Source: Candidatus Aenigmatarchaeota archaeon (GTDB lineage: Archaea > Aenigmatarchaeota > Aenigmatarchaeia > JACPZZ01). Taken from it: 64,000 nucleotides of DNA. Below are positions 42,653-52,298 of the stretch, piece after piece. Position 1 is the first letter of the stretch. Every line of letters begins with the position of its first letter. The notes under the pieces are model-generated. The model was not told the origin of the DNA. It did no database searches and was given only the letters and a program-made list of their open reading frames with translations. A program made the translations under genes and the position numbers. The stretch lies in contig JACPZZ010000019.1 of the NCBI GenBank assembly GCA_016195275.1, positions 6,382-70,381 of the forward strand, read 5' to 3'.

Positions 42653-43118
42653 GAGCGAAATGAAAAATTTACTTTTCCTGCTGTTTATAGTTTTGTTTTC
42701 CCAATCAGGGTTGGCGCATCTTGGCGGCGGGGAAGACAGGGTTGTGGGCGGTTATTTGGTCGAGTTTGGCTACGCTCCTGGTACGCCTGTGCAGAACGAG
42801 GAGACGTTTATTGCGTTAAGCTTGGCGAATAATACTACACTGCAGCCAATAGATGTGGAAAAGGTTTTGATAAGAATTTCCGACCCTGACAAACTGGTTT
42901 TCGCCGGCTCGTTTTTGCCTGAAAACCGCAATGTGGGTTTTACGTATGTTTTCCAGGCCGGGGGCGAGCACGAGATAGAGGCTGCTTTTTATAAAAACGA
43001 TGTTATCCTGACATCAACAAAGTTCAAGTTAGCGGTTGAGGGGATGATAAACCCGTTTATCCTGGCCGGCGCAGCCATAGCTGCGATATTCCTGTACTTA
43101 AGGTTCAGGAGCAAGTAA
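42642..43118 (+). CDS. Secreted protein with predicted N-terminal His after signal cleavage and a C-terminal TM anchor
   Basis: The signal ends ...SQSGLA/HLGGGE. The body is beta-rich and the C-terminus has a TM (FILAGAAIAAIFLYL). It overlaps the cupredoxin gene by 11 nt. Confidence 0.5.
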   Translation: MLSRSEMKNLLFLLFIVLFSQSGLAHLGGGEDRVVGGYLVEFGYAPGTPVQNEETFIALSLANNTTLQPIDVEKVLIRISDPDKLVFAGSFLPENRNVGFTYVFQAGGEHEIEAAFYKNDVILTSTKFKLAVEGMINPFILAGAAIAAIFLYLRFRSK

Positions 43119-43320
43119 GCTGTTAAACGCCCCTGAATACTTGGAAGGGCTGAGTTTTAGTTCAACGTTCGGCGAAGCCGAAAAACTCAAAGTTGAGTTC
43201 TCGCATGTAAACTTCTGTGAAGCAGACTATAATTCGTTAGGGAAGGGGGCGTCCGTTTTTTTGCTTCTTTTATTTCCTACGTTCTTTTAAACTCTTCAGT
43301 TACAGGATTAAAAGAAATAA

Positions 43321-43687
43321 CTACTTTTCTATCTTATGGTTCTCATCTTTCACAAATTTATCTCTAAACACCGGATATAATGCTGTTAATCTTTGCTGTC
43401 CACCAATTGATCGGTAGATTCGGTTCGGTGTGTTCTTTTTTCCCCAACACCTATGTGATGTGATTTAGCATTTAAACTGCCGTTTCTCCATAAAAGATAC
43501 GAACCAATAGGGTATCCTCTGTAGATGGAATCAAAAAGGCTCTTACTTTAGAGTTACTCCATACAAAAGGTCTTTGTAAATCAGGTAAGCCTAAATCAAT
43601 ATACCCAAATAATTGTTCAAGATGGCCACTTAATGGATTAAACAAAGCAGTTTTATCTGAATATTTGCCGTCATGTTGATACATCAT
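43321..43687 (-). pseudogene. DUF262 (GmrSD/ParB-like nuclease family) N-terminal remnant, frameshifted and truncated
   Basis: The 71-aa ORF carries the DUF262 motif LPDLQRPFVW. A second frame downstream reads IGGQQRLTALYPVFRDKFVKDENHKIEK-stop, which contains the family's DGQQR motif. Confidence 0.6.
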
Positions 43688-44157
43688 TTAACAACATTCT
43701 TAAATTCCATTCTGATTTCATTTATCTTTTTCTCATTGAGTTTAAGTAAGATTGACTTGCATTTTACTAAAAACTCAGGAGCATTCTTTACCATTTTATT
43801 ATATTGTTCATCTGGAACTGTTCTGTCAATGTAATATTGAGAATCTATCCTTGCTTTCAAAGAATCTTCTATGAAATCAAAATCTTCTTCGCTAAGAAAT
43901 TCTCTGAGAAATCTCTTTGCGAACGCTATTGTGCAAGAATGAATTTCACATTTTATGCCTATTTTTGTCAAAACTGAGTAAAGCGAAAAATAGAGAGTAT
44001 AATATGCGGTTGAGATTTTCCAATCTTTTATTACATTTACCCTCATCGACTCCAAAGCTTCTTCAGCCTTCTTGCTATACGCTTCTGCGAGATTTGAATT
44101 AGGTTCAATTAAACTCAAGCCTTCTCTCTTTCCCACACACCATTTTATCTTATCCAC
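43684..44157 (-). CDS. HEPN-domain protein (toxin of a HEPN/MNT pair)
   Basis: 157 aa and all-helical. The segment ...AEAYSKKAEEALESMR...KISTAYYTLYFSLYS...KARIDSQYY is HEPN-like. It overlaps the MNT gene by 8 nt. Confidence 0.75.
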   Translation of the reverse strand: MDKIKWCVGKREGLSLIEPNSNLAEAYSKKAEEALESMRVNVIKDWKISTAYYTLYFSLYSVLTKIGIKCEIHSCTIAFAKRFLREFLSEEDFDFIEDSLKARIDSQYYIDRTVPDEQYNKMVKNAPEFLVKCKSILLKLNEKKINEIRMEFKNVVK

Positions 44158-44740
44158 ATTTCAGCACCTTTTGGATAAACAGCTCCGTATTTTTAAAAAC
44201 TATGTGGTTCTTTAATACTTCTTTTATTAGGATATCTTGGTTTACATTCTTCTCAAATGTTTTTAATGGATAACACTTTATGTTTATTTCAATCCCTAAA
44301 TTTCTTGAAACTTTCTTGATTTCTTCTTTTTTATAGTCTCCAACTACAAAAATGTCTAAATCAGATTCTTTGTTATACATTCCTTTTGCATAACTTCCAA
44401 AAATAATACCAATTCCATTAATAAACGGGCTTATTTTTTCCATAACCTCTTTCACTAGAAGATTTTTCTCCATAAATGCAATTGATTTGTATTGCTCGAC
44501 AAATGTAAGATATCTATTGCTTAATTCGTTTATTTTTAGCTTATAAGACTTGATTTTACCCTTTACTTTTGATTCTATGATTCCTTTATTTTCTAAATCT
44601 TCAAGAATTAGCTGTGCTGTTCGCGGGCTTATTTTAAGCAATTTCTCAACTTCTCTTATATAATATTCCTTATCAAATCCATCCGTAAATAAAGAAATGA
44701 TTCGTAAGCCATTCTCAGTTATGTTTATTTTATTATACAT
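44150..44740 (-). CDS. Nucleotidyltransferase (MNT) with an N-terminal winged-helix domain
   Basis: IIFGSYAKGMYNKESDLDIFVVGD is the GS...DxD minimal-NTase motif. The N-terminal wHTH is ISPRTAQLILEDLENKGIIES. Confidence 0.8.
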   Translation of the reverse strand: MYNKINITENGLRIISLFTDGFDKEYYIREVEKLLKISPRTAQLILEDLENKGIIESKVKGKIKSYKLKINELSNRYLTFVEQYKSIAFMEKNLLVKEVMEKISPFINGIGIIFGSYAKGMYNKESDLDIFVVGDYKKEEIKKVSRNLGIEINIKCYPLKTFEKNVNQDILIKEVLKNHIVFKNTELFIQKVLKCG

Positions 44741-45149
44741 ATGTATTATTTAGAATACAGCTACTATTTATATCTTCCGACCCCGATCGTATAGTTTCGT
44801 GACGCCCCCCTTCCCGTTTCCTCAATTTAGCGAGAGTGCAACGTGCCGACCGAACGAAGTGAGGGAGAGTTCAGGCGACGAGCCTATTTTTTAACCTTTG
44901 TGAGCAAGAAATCCCACACCTTTTAAGAATGGGAGTATGTCACTAACGTCCCTATATGCATCAAATGCAAAAACTATCGGATAGAGATTAGGTGTCGCTA
45001 ACTTTACAGCTTAGAAGCAAATTCCCTTATAAACCCAGGAACAAGCTTATAAGTCTGTGACATTATTCTAGTCTAGACATTGGGAAAGGAGTTTCTCGTT
45101 CTGAGGAATTTTTTGCCGTGTCATATAGGAGAAAAAGGTGAATATAGGA

Positions 45150-45305
45150 ATGGCATTTGGTGGACGCAATTTCGGCGGACCCAGAGAGATGCACAAGGTC
45201 ACTTGTGCTGACTGTGGTAACGAAGCTGAAGTTCCCTTCAAACCGGACGGCAAGAGGCCTGTCTATTGTAGGGATTGTTTCAACAAGAAACGCAACGCTG
45301 CTTAA
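45150..45305 (+). CDS. 51-aa CxxC-x17-CxxC zinc-ribbon protein (below the ORF-track cutoff)
   Basis: Hand translation gives MAFGGRNFGGPREMHKVTCADCGNEAEVPFKPDGKRPVYCRDCFNKKRNAA-stop. This is the conserved C..C-x17-C..CF domain pattern. Confidence 0.65.
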   Translation: MAFGGRNFGGPREMHKVTCADCGNEAEVPFKPDGKRPVYCRDCFNKKRNAA

Positions 45306-45398
45306 GTAGGATCTTAAGTAACGGGTTTCTTAGATAGGACAGTAGTTTAATTTTTTTGGCTTTATTGCCTATTTCCAAGTTTGCATACTTGCAAATTG

Positions 45399-45509
45399 AT
45401 GGTGCGTGCGTTTGAGAACGCAGCGTTCACCCTGGAAAAAGGGCAAGTCTCCCAACCGGTTAAAACAGAGTTTGGATGGCATCTGATAAAAGTGACGGAC
45501 AAAAAATGA
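45399..45509 (+). pseudogene. C-terminal remnant of a parvulin-type (PpiC) peptidyl-prolyl isomerase
   Basis: Hand translation gives [36 protein letters not shown]-stop. This matches only the last ~35 residues of PpiC domains (F..aaF.l..G..S.pv.t.fGwHiIkv). Confidence 0.55.
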
Positions 45510-45514
45510 AATTT

Positions 45515-46306
45515 CTATTTGACAATTTTCTCTATCGGCTGTACCAATAAGTTGCACAGCAACAGCCCGCCGGTTATTGCGTATTTGGGCATTGCCAAAC
45601 TAAGCGCGAAAATTATTACTGCACTGATTATGCCATAAGCTGTGCGTGCGTTCGGCCTTATCGGAGTTGTTTTCGGCTCTAACAGCATGAAGAACGCGAG
45701 GAAGTAGATCAGGCCGCCGAACACGTCTTGGTATACAGGATGCATGTTGTAGTAGAACCTGTGCGCAACGGAAAGCGCAGTGTGCGTCAGTATGAACGGG
45801 ATCACAAGATGCAATCGCCTGTATTTTTGCGCGATTAACAAACCAAACACCAGAACAGGCAAAAGCTGCGATGCGCCGAGCCAAGAATCCGAAGAGTTTG
45901 TCAGCAATACAGCCGCGAATATGCCGGACATTGCAGGATTTACCACATGCCTGTTGTTGAATTTAATCCGTTTTGACAGGACCGCAACCAGAGAAGCGAA
46001 GGCTAAAGCGTAAAGCTCGCCCGGCATCAGGATAAGCGCGATCAACAGGCCTGTTATTGTAACAGACTCGTACGATATCTGTTCTTTTTTCCTAAGCTTG
46101 CTGATAACGTAATGAAAAACAAAAACGCTTGCAAGCGTGACTGTCGTATTAACCAGCAATTGTGAGCCTAAATTCGCGGAATTTATCAGGACCAGCAACG
46201 AAAGCAATATTATCATCTGCTGGTAGATTGTGATGCGCGCATAACGGGTTTTCAGCGATGTTAACAGGTTCGGCTTCGGAGGCGCGTTTGCAGGCTGCAG
46301 ATCCAT
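45515..46306 (-). CDS. RnfD/NqrB-like polytopic membrane protein (tentative)
   Basis: 263 aa and multi-TM. The segments VVNPAM and LLEPKTTP resemble FNPA / DPxTSP segments of the RnfD-NqrB family. Confidence 0.5.
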   Translation of the reverse strand: MDLQPANAPPKPNLLTSLKTRYARITIYQQMIILLSLLVLINSANLGSQLLVNTTVTLASVFVFHYVISKLRKKEQISYESVTITGLLIALILMPGELYALAFASLVAVLSKRIKFNNRHVVNPAMSGIFAAVLLTNSSDSWLGASQLLPVLVFGLLIAQKYRRLHLVIPFILTHTALSVAHRFYYNMHPVYQDVFGGLIYFLAFFMLLEPKTTPIRPNARTAYGIISAVIIFALSLAMPKYAITGGLLLCNLLVQPIEKIVK

Positions 46307-46511
46307 AAGATGTATTCGTTCCCATTATTTATTATTTCAAATCGTTATACCGGCAATTGATGGATTTGCTGCCAACGCCGGCGCATAATGCAAGGCAGGC
46401 AAGAGGTTATCTTAGAACAGGTAAAACCCCAGATTACAGAAACGTCAGAGTTGCCAGTTACTGAGTTTGTTTTTAGCTGATTATTTAAGCCTGAGGATGT
46501 CTAATTAGGTC

Positions 46512-48068
46512 TTGGTAAACATGTCAGGCATAGTTGCACACAACAAGGAGAACAAGGCCATAATAATGCTAAGCGTTTTATCGGGTTTATTTTTAGCCGC
46601 GTTGGACCAGACAATCATATCCACCGCATTGCCGAAGATCGCTGCGTCGCTGGGCGGGATAGAACTATTAAGCTGGATCGTTTCGGCTTATTTGCTGTCG
46701 TCGACTGTTACAGTCATTATCTATGGCAAGCTTTCCGACATATACGGCCGCAAAAAACTTTTCATCGCGGGCATAATAATTTTCCTTTTAGGTTCCGTGT
46801 TGTGCGGCCTTTCCAACAGCATAATTCATCTGATACTGTTCCGGTTTCTGCAAGGCGTGGGCGGCGGCGCGATTTTTGCCAATTCGATGGCTGTGATAGG
46901 TGATTTATTCCCGCCTGCTGAAAGAGGAAAATGGCAGGGCCTGATAGGGGCGACGTTCGGGTTTGCGTCGATAATCGGCCCGCTGCTGGGCGGTTTCTTG
47001 ACAGACGCGGTCAGCTGGCACTGGATATTTTTCATCAATGTGCCGATAGGTATTGCATCGATAGCTGTACTTTACAGGTTTTTGCCGTACACGCAAATGC
47101 ACGCCAACAGGACGATAGATTACAAAGGATCGTTTTTGTTGATGGCTGGTATAAGTGCGTTAATGGTTGGCCTTCTGACCGATGGTGTTTTCAACCACAC
47201 GAGAACAATAACGCTCTTTGCGTTTTCTATTATTATGTTTGCATCTTTCATAAAAACGGAAAGGAAGGCGAGAGAACCTATAATGCCATTGGAAATTTTC
47301 CGCAACAGGATATTTTTAGTTTCAATTTTGGTAATATTCATAACGACGATGGGATTTTTCGGTACAGTAACGTACATACCGCTTTTTGTGCAGGGTGTTT
47401 TGGGCGAGACTGCAACGAATTCCGGATTAATCATGACGCCGATGGTCGTGGCCATGGTTTTTTCAAATATAATTTCGGGCCAGATAATTTCGCGCACCGG
47501 TAAATACAGGTTTATTGCGATTTTCGGCATGGGCATGCTGACAGCTGGAATATTCCTGCTTTCGTCCATAGGGATGTCAACTACAGACTCAGAGTTGTTC
47601 CGCAACATGATGCTGGTCGGTGCAGGATTGGGAACAACATTCCCGACAATAATGATCGCGGCGCAAAATGCTTTTGACCATTCGAAGATAGGCGTTGTCA
47701 CGGCGTCGCTGCAGTTTTTCAGGAGCATCGGCGGCCTTATCGGTGTCACGGCTTTCGGTTCAATAATGATATCTTCGTTGAATGTGAATCTGGCCGGCCA
47801 GACGGTTACAGACCCTTCCGCGCTTATCGAGGGCGGTTTATCCCAATTAACCGCCGAACAGCTAACGCAATTAAAATCCGCCCTGTCTTTGTCGATAAGC
47901 AACATCTACTCGATAGCGTCTTTGACAGCTATTCTGGGAATGTTGGTTTCGCTTTTCCTAAAAGAGATACCATTGCGAAAAACGCACAAGCCAGCTGTCG
48001 AAGAGGCCGGTATAGAACTTGCGGAAAATGAAGGTTTGTTTGACGCAAAGAACGAGCCGAATAGATGA
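46512..48068 (+). CDS. MFS transporter, DHA2 (EmrB/QacA-like, 14-TM) drug-efflux family
   Basis: 518 aa with [27 protein letters not shown] and [10 protein letters not shown] motifs. The likely ATG is at 46521. Confidence 0.9.
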   Translation: MVNMSGIVAHNKENKAIIMLSVLSGLFLAALDQTIISTALPKIAASLGGIELLSWIVSAYLLSSTVTVIIYGKLSDIYGRKKLFIAGIIIFLLGSVLCGLSNSIIHLILFRFLQGVGGGAIFANSMAVIGDLFPPAERGKWQGLIGATFGFASIIGPLLGGFLTDAVSWHWIFFINVPIGIASIAVLYRFLPYTQMHANRTIDYKGSFLLMAGISALMVGLLTDGVFNHTRTITLFAFSIIMFASFIKTERKAREPIMPLEIFRNRIFLVSILVIFITTMGFFGTVTYIPLFVQGVLGETATNSGLIMTPMVVAMVFSNIISGQIISRTGKYRFIAIFGMGMLTAGIFLLSSIGMSTTDSELFRNMMLVGAGLGTTFPTIMIAAQNAFDHSKIGVVTASLQFFRSIGGLIGVTAFGSIMISSLNVNLAGQTVTDPSALIEGGLSQLTAEQLTQLKSALSLSISNIYSIASLTAILGMLVSLFLKEIPLRKTHKPAVEEAGIELAENEGLFDAKNEPNR

Positions 48069-48199
48069 TTTTTGAAATTGGGGAAACCGCGTTGGAATTC
48101 CACTATAACCTTTTTTTGGGTTGTTTGGTGGTTTTAACCGATCTTTTGATGCTGGTAACTTTCCGAATCTTTATAAGTAAGAAAATTCTTACAATAGAT

Positions 48200-48466
48200 A
48201 TGCCAGAAGATGAAATAAAATTCAAAACGATCCGGGTTTCCGAGAAAGGGCAGATAGCCATCCCTTCTGACATTAGAAAGGAAATGGGAATAAAGAGTGG
48301 CGAGGAGTTGATCGTAATAAGAAAAGGCGACAGGCTGTTGATCGAAAAATCCAGCAAAGCTTCTAAAAGATTCTCCAAAGAGTTTGATTATATGATCAAA
48401 CACTCGGAAAAAGCAGCCAAAAAATTGTGGGGTAATAAAGAAGATGACATCTGGGATAAATTTTGA
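48200..48466 (+). CDS. AbrB/SpoVT (MazE-like) antitoxin
   Basis: MPEDEIKFKTIRVSEKGQIAIPSDIRKEMGIKSGEELIVI. The upstream part of the track ORF (48065-) is hydrophobic read-through of the MFS 3' region. Confidence 0.75.
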   Translation: MPEDEIKFKTIRVSEKGQIAIPSDIRKEMGIKSGEELIVIRKGDRLLIEKSSKASKRFSKEFDYMIKHSEKAAKKLWGNKEDDIWDKF

Positions 48467-48791
48467 ACAGGGAGAAATACTCCTTGTGCCGTTTCCTTTT
48501 ACCAATTTGCAGACGATCAAACAAAGACCTGTGCTGGTACTGTCTAAAACAGAAATAAACAAATTTTCGGTCGATTTCGTTTGTTGCGGCATAACTTCCA
48601 ATATTCAGAATATTGACCATTCGGTTTTAATGGACAACAAAAACCTTGAGTATGGCTACCTGCCAAAACCAAGCCGAATAAAAGTAAGCGTGATATTTAC
48701 TCTCGAAAAATCTTCAGTGATAAAAGGCATCGGAAAAATAAAGGAAGAAACTTTTAATAAAGTTAAAGAAGAATTCTTGAAATTGTTCTGA
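48444..48791 (+). CDS. MazF/PemK-family type II toxin
   Basis: 115 aa. The segment FEQGEILLVPFPFTNLQTIKQRPVLVLS...GITSN...PKPSRIKVSVIFTLEKS fits PemK/MazF. It overlaps the antitoxin gene by 23 nt. Confidence 0.8.
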   Translation: MTSGINFEQGEILLVPFPFTNLQTIKQRPVLVLSKTEINKFSVDFVCCGITSNIQNIDHSVLMDNKNLEYGYLPKPSRIKVSVIFTLEKSSVIKGIGKIKEETFNKVKEEFLKLF

Positions 48792-48995
48792 AGTCATACA
48801 TTTTCTTGAACGATTCAAAGATAAAAGATAAGTTAAAGGAAAATCCAGAATAGGGAAAGCCGTTGCGATCTAGGTTACACGGGATATGGCAAATCTGTAG
48901 TAACTTCTTGCCATCCTGCCCAGATAAATTGTGGTTTTTGACATTCTATCGCCTAATTAATAATATAGTTGTTTGTTAAAAGGTTGTAAATAATT

Positions 48996-49319
48996 TCAGT
49001 TCCTTACAGGTATCGTCGCCAGTATAGGCACATTTGTCTGGATTTTTTCTCCGGTCTTCATGACGGCTGAGAATATGATGACCGTGTACTCTTTTGCGTA
49101 TCTTACTTCGAACGAGCAGTCGGCAAATTCTATATCTTTTGGCAGATCTCTGAAGTTTTTAGAAAGGTTGAGTATCTCCAGACCCGCTATTTTTCCGTCA
49201 GGTGTGAAATCTATGATATAATCTCCGATATCCACGCTGCCTTTGATTTTGGCATCTTTTGTTTTGATGAATACGGAATCAGATTCATCGTCATAGTCGA
49301 AAACGAATTGTTTCGTCAT
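48996..49319 (-). CDS. DUF2283-family protein (putative antitoxin)
   Basis: 107 aa. The segment FDYDDESDSVFIKTK...IIDFTPDGKIAGLEILNLS is the typical DUF2283 pattern. Confidence 0.7.
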   Translation of the reverse strand: MTKQFVFDYDDESDSVFIKTKDAKIKGSVDIGDYIIDFTPDGKIAGLEILNLSKNFRDLPKDIEFADCSFEVRYAKEYTVIIFSAVMKTGEKIQTNVPILATIPVRN

Positions 49320-49357
49320 TTCGCATCACTTAATAATATTACACCTAATTGCGGGTA

Positions 49358-49714
49358 TTAAAGCCTTCCGAAAAGGCTTTTCTGACGGTCTTTGATTACT
49401 TTGTGCCACTTTCGCATCCTGTGTATTACCGTGGGAATCTTGATTTTGTGGCTAGGCTTTAATACTACTATCACAATAAGGGACGATGTGTTGCTCTTTT
49501 CAAAGATAAGCTTGAATTTCCTTTCCCCTTCGCGCTTCGCGGGTTGTTCTTCGAGGTCTATCAGCTTGTCAGGGTTCAGGAGGTTCTTAATGATTTCTTC
49601 CTCTTGCAGCTCCCTTTCCGTCATGCGGATACTGGAATGCGGGCCGAATTCGATCTCGTGCCGTTTGTAGCCTTTCAGAAGATCTTTCATTTCGGAAAGT
49701 TCCATGATATTCAC
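49358..49714 (-). CDS. DUF4258-family protein (putative toxin)
   Basis: 118 aa. The segment IEFGPHSSIRMTERELQEEEIIKNLLNP fits the H..RM.eR.i..eei signature. Confidence 0.65.
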   Translation of the reverse strand: MNIMELSEMKDLLKGYKRHEIEFGPHSSIRMTERELQEEEIIKNLLNPDKLIDLEEQPAKREGERKFKLIFEKSNTSSLIVIVVLKPSHKIKIPTVIHRMRKWHKVIKDRQKSLFGRL

Positions 49715-49855
49715 TCTATTCCGGCATCCTTAAAATCTTTTGCAGTTTCAACTGTTTTATACAAGCCGCCGAAGACAGGTTCGAATGGAATTATAACGTG
49801 GGGAAACCGTGATTTGAACACGGGTCACCGACTTTTCCTAAAAGTTTCTTTTGCT

Positions 49856-49934
49856 GTAGGAAACTTTAAGTTTCCTACACACGAAAATCTAACGATTTTC
49901 GTTGTTAAGGTTTTCTTTACAAAAGAAAACCTTA
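49856..49934. repeat. Hairpin cluster B: three consecutive perfect hairpins, related to cluster A
   Basis: GTAGGAAAC-TTTAA-GTTTCCTAC at 49856-78. (A)CGAAAATC-TAAC-GATTTTCG(T) at 49881-902. (T)AAGGTTTTCTTT-ACA-AAAGAAAACCTT(A) at 49906-34. Confidence 0.9.
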
Positions 49935-50093
49935 CCCGAAGCCGGTATCTTAGACCAGGCTGGACCATTTCCCCTGTTGCAGACTGGCGCACATCTCCAA
50001 TATGCGTCAATAGGCTAAACTACCTTTTCCCTATTTACGGTTTTGCGAATTTAAAGAAAAAAGCGTGGCCTTTATTTACAAACTTGCCGTGGA

Positions 50094-51200
50094 TTACAAT
50101 TTCAGCTCGTCGTATCTAATTTTCAACGATTCCGCAACGCCTTTGTTTGTTAGCATCCCGCGGTATGTGTTTATCCCTTTCGATATTGAGGGGTCCTTTT
50201 TCGCAGCGTTTTCGAGGCCCTGGTTTGCGATTTTTAACAGGTAAGGCAGCGTCGCATTTGCCAGCGCAAGCGTCGACGTGTTCGGGACAGCTCCGGGCAT
50301 GTTTGTGACGCAGTAATGTGTGACGCCTTCCTCGACGTAAATCGGGTTCTGGTGCGAGGTTGGTTTTGAAGTTTCGATACAGCCGCCTTGGTCTATGGCC
50401 ACGTCAACTATCACAGAACCGGTGCGCATTTTCTTGACCATTGCTCTCGTAACAAGCTTGGGCGCGCTTTCGCCTGTGAGATAAACGGCGCCGACCAGCA
50501 GATCGGATTCAGAAACCGCTTTTTCAATGTTGTAGGCATTTGAAAAAAGCGTTTTTATTCGGCCGCCGAACGTGTCGTCGATCATCCTTAACTGCGCCGG
50601 ATTCCGCCCGATGATCGTGACATCAGCACCAATGCCCATCGCGGTTTTAGCCGCATTTATACCAACGACACCCGTTCCTATTATTGTAACTTTCGCGGGC
50701 AGAACACCGGGCACTCCGGATAATAATTTGCCAAAGCCACCGTTTGTTTTTTCCAGATAATGCATACCTATCTGTATCGACATGCGCCCGGCGACTTCGC
50801 TCATTGGAGCAAGCAAAGGCGTTGAACCGTCGACGAGTTCGATTGTTTCGTACGCCACACCTGTTATTTTCCTTTCAAGAAGCATTTTTGCCACTTCCGG
50901 CTCGGCTGCAAGGTGAAGGTAAGTGAATAAAATCTGGTTTTCCATCAGAAGGTTAAACTCGGATTTTTGCGGCTCCTTTACCTTTACGACAATGTCGGAT
51001 TCGGCGTAGACTTCTTGCGCACGTTCGACTATAGTAGCGCCTTCTTTTCTGTATTCGTCGTCAGAAAATCCGGAATTCCTTCCAGCGTTCGCTTCGACCA
51101 AAACTTTGTGGCCCGCCTTGACGAGCGCGTTCACGCCTTGTGGGGTTAAACCGACGCGGTTTTCGCCGATTTTTATTTCTTTTACTGTACCGGTTATCAT
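50094..51200 (-). CDS. ald: Alanine dehydrogenase
   Basis: 368 aa. The segments MITGTVKEIKIGENRVGLTPQGV and VTIIGTGVVGINAA (Rossmann) plus GAVPNTST are typical of Ald. Confidence 0.9.
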   Translation of the reverse strand: MITGTVKEIKIGENRVGLTPQGVNALVKAGHKVLVEANAGRNSGFSDDEYRKEGATIVERAQEVYAESDIVVKVKEPQKSEFNLLMENQILFTYLHLAAEPEVAKMLLERKITGVAYETIELVDGSTPLLAPMSEVAGRMSIQIGMHYLEKTNGGFGKLLSGVPGVLPAKVTIIGTGVVGINAAKTAMGIGADVTIIGRNPAQLRMIDDTFGGRIKTLFSNAYNIEKAVSESDLLVGAVYLTGESAPKLVTRAMVKKMRTGSVIVDVAIDQGGCIETSKPTSHQNPIYVEEGVTHYCVTNMPGAVPNTSTLALANATLPYLLKIANQGLENAAKKDPSISKGINTYRGMLTNKGVAESLKIRYDELKL

Positions 51201-51333
51201 GATCTATGATATTTTTGGTTTTGTAAAATTAAATAGTTGTTCTTCAAACTTGATTTAAAGCATACCTGCACAAATAGAGCGGATACGGGACTCGCATCTA
51301 ATATTAATACTACAGGCGGACATTCTATGTTCG

Positions 51334-52257
51334 ATGAATTTATTTAAACTCTTTGAAAGCAGGAGAAACAGGGAAAGCAGGGGATTCCTGTACTCTTTTG
51401 TTTCCGTATTTTTCGTGGCGCCTGTGTTCATTGTGGCGAGCATAGTGATGAAAAGCATGCCTGCGGAAACAGCAAGCACCATGTTTTTCGGCGCCGGATT
51501 CCTGATAACTTCGGTTATATCCACGTTAAGAAAAAGGAACCGCGAAGTTTTGCCGATGGTCAGGAAATATTTCCGCCCGCTTCTTCTGCTGGGAATTTTC
51601 AACACCTCTGCTGCGATATTATTTTTTACGGGCATAAAATCCATAGGGCCGTCTTCGGCTGCGTTCATATCCAGGTTTGAAACGATCTTCGTGATACTTC
51701 TGGGGGTGTTGCTGCTGAAAGAAAAGCTGGGGAAAATGGACATGTTGGGCATGGCTATCACAGTTTCAGGGGTAATTATGGTCACTTATTCCAATGTTTC
51801 CATGGTGATAGGGTCTTTTTTCATATTCGCCAGCTCCGCGCTTATTTCGTTTCAACGGATCCTGCTGAAGAAATACGTTTCGAAGATACAGCCGATGGAC
51901 CTTAACCAGCTGAGGCTTTTTTTCAGCTTCGTTTTGCTCCTGTCTTACGTCGTTCTCTCATCCAGGTTAGTAATGCCCTCTGCCGGCAACCTTTTGCTTA
52001 TCGGAATTGTCAGTCTATCCGCGCCGGTCATAGGGTTTTACCTGAGGCTTAAGGCCATGGAATTGATCGATGTATCAAAAGTCATGACCGTGGAGTCGCT
52101 GGAGCCCTTTATTGTAGTTTTAATGTCAATTTTCCTGCTGGGCTCCATAACATCGCCTCGCCAGATTCTTGGAGGGGGCGTGATGATCGTCGGAATAACA
52201 ATGCTCCTCATGTCGCATAGGATGAAGGGTAAGGAAAAATCCATGCCAGTCAATTAA
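51334..52257 (+). CDS. EamA/DMT-family transporter
   Basis: 307 aa with about 10 TM segments in two EamA-like halves. Confidence 0.75.
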   Translation: MNLFKLFESRRNRESRGFLYSFVSVFFVAPVFIVASIVMKSMPAETASTMFFGAGFLITSVISTLRKRNREVLPMVRKYFRPLLLLGIFNTSAAILFFTGIKSIGPSSAAFISRFETIFVILLGVLLLKEKLGKMDMLGMAITVSGVIMVTYSNVSMVIGSFFIFASSALISFQRILLKKYVSKIQPMDLNQLRLFFSFVLLLSYVVLSSRLVMPSAGNLLLIGIVSLSAPVIGFYLRLKAMELIDVSKVMTVESLEPFIVVLMSIFLLGSITSPRQILGGGVMIVGITMLLMSHRMKGKEKSMPVN

Positions 52258-52298
52258 GGCATCGAAGCAATTTTATATACGCTTTACGAAAATTTATT

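Larger units (their letters stand above)
43243..44817. mobile_element. AT-rich inserted cassette bounded by G-rich inverted repeats
   Basis: GGGAAGGGGGCGTC at 43243-43256 pairs with GACGCCCCCCTTCCC at 44803-44817. The interior (DUF262 remnant, HEPN, MNT) is markedly AT-richer than the flanks. No transposase. Confidence 0.4.
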
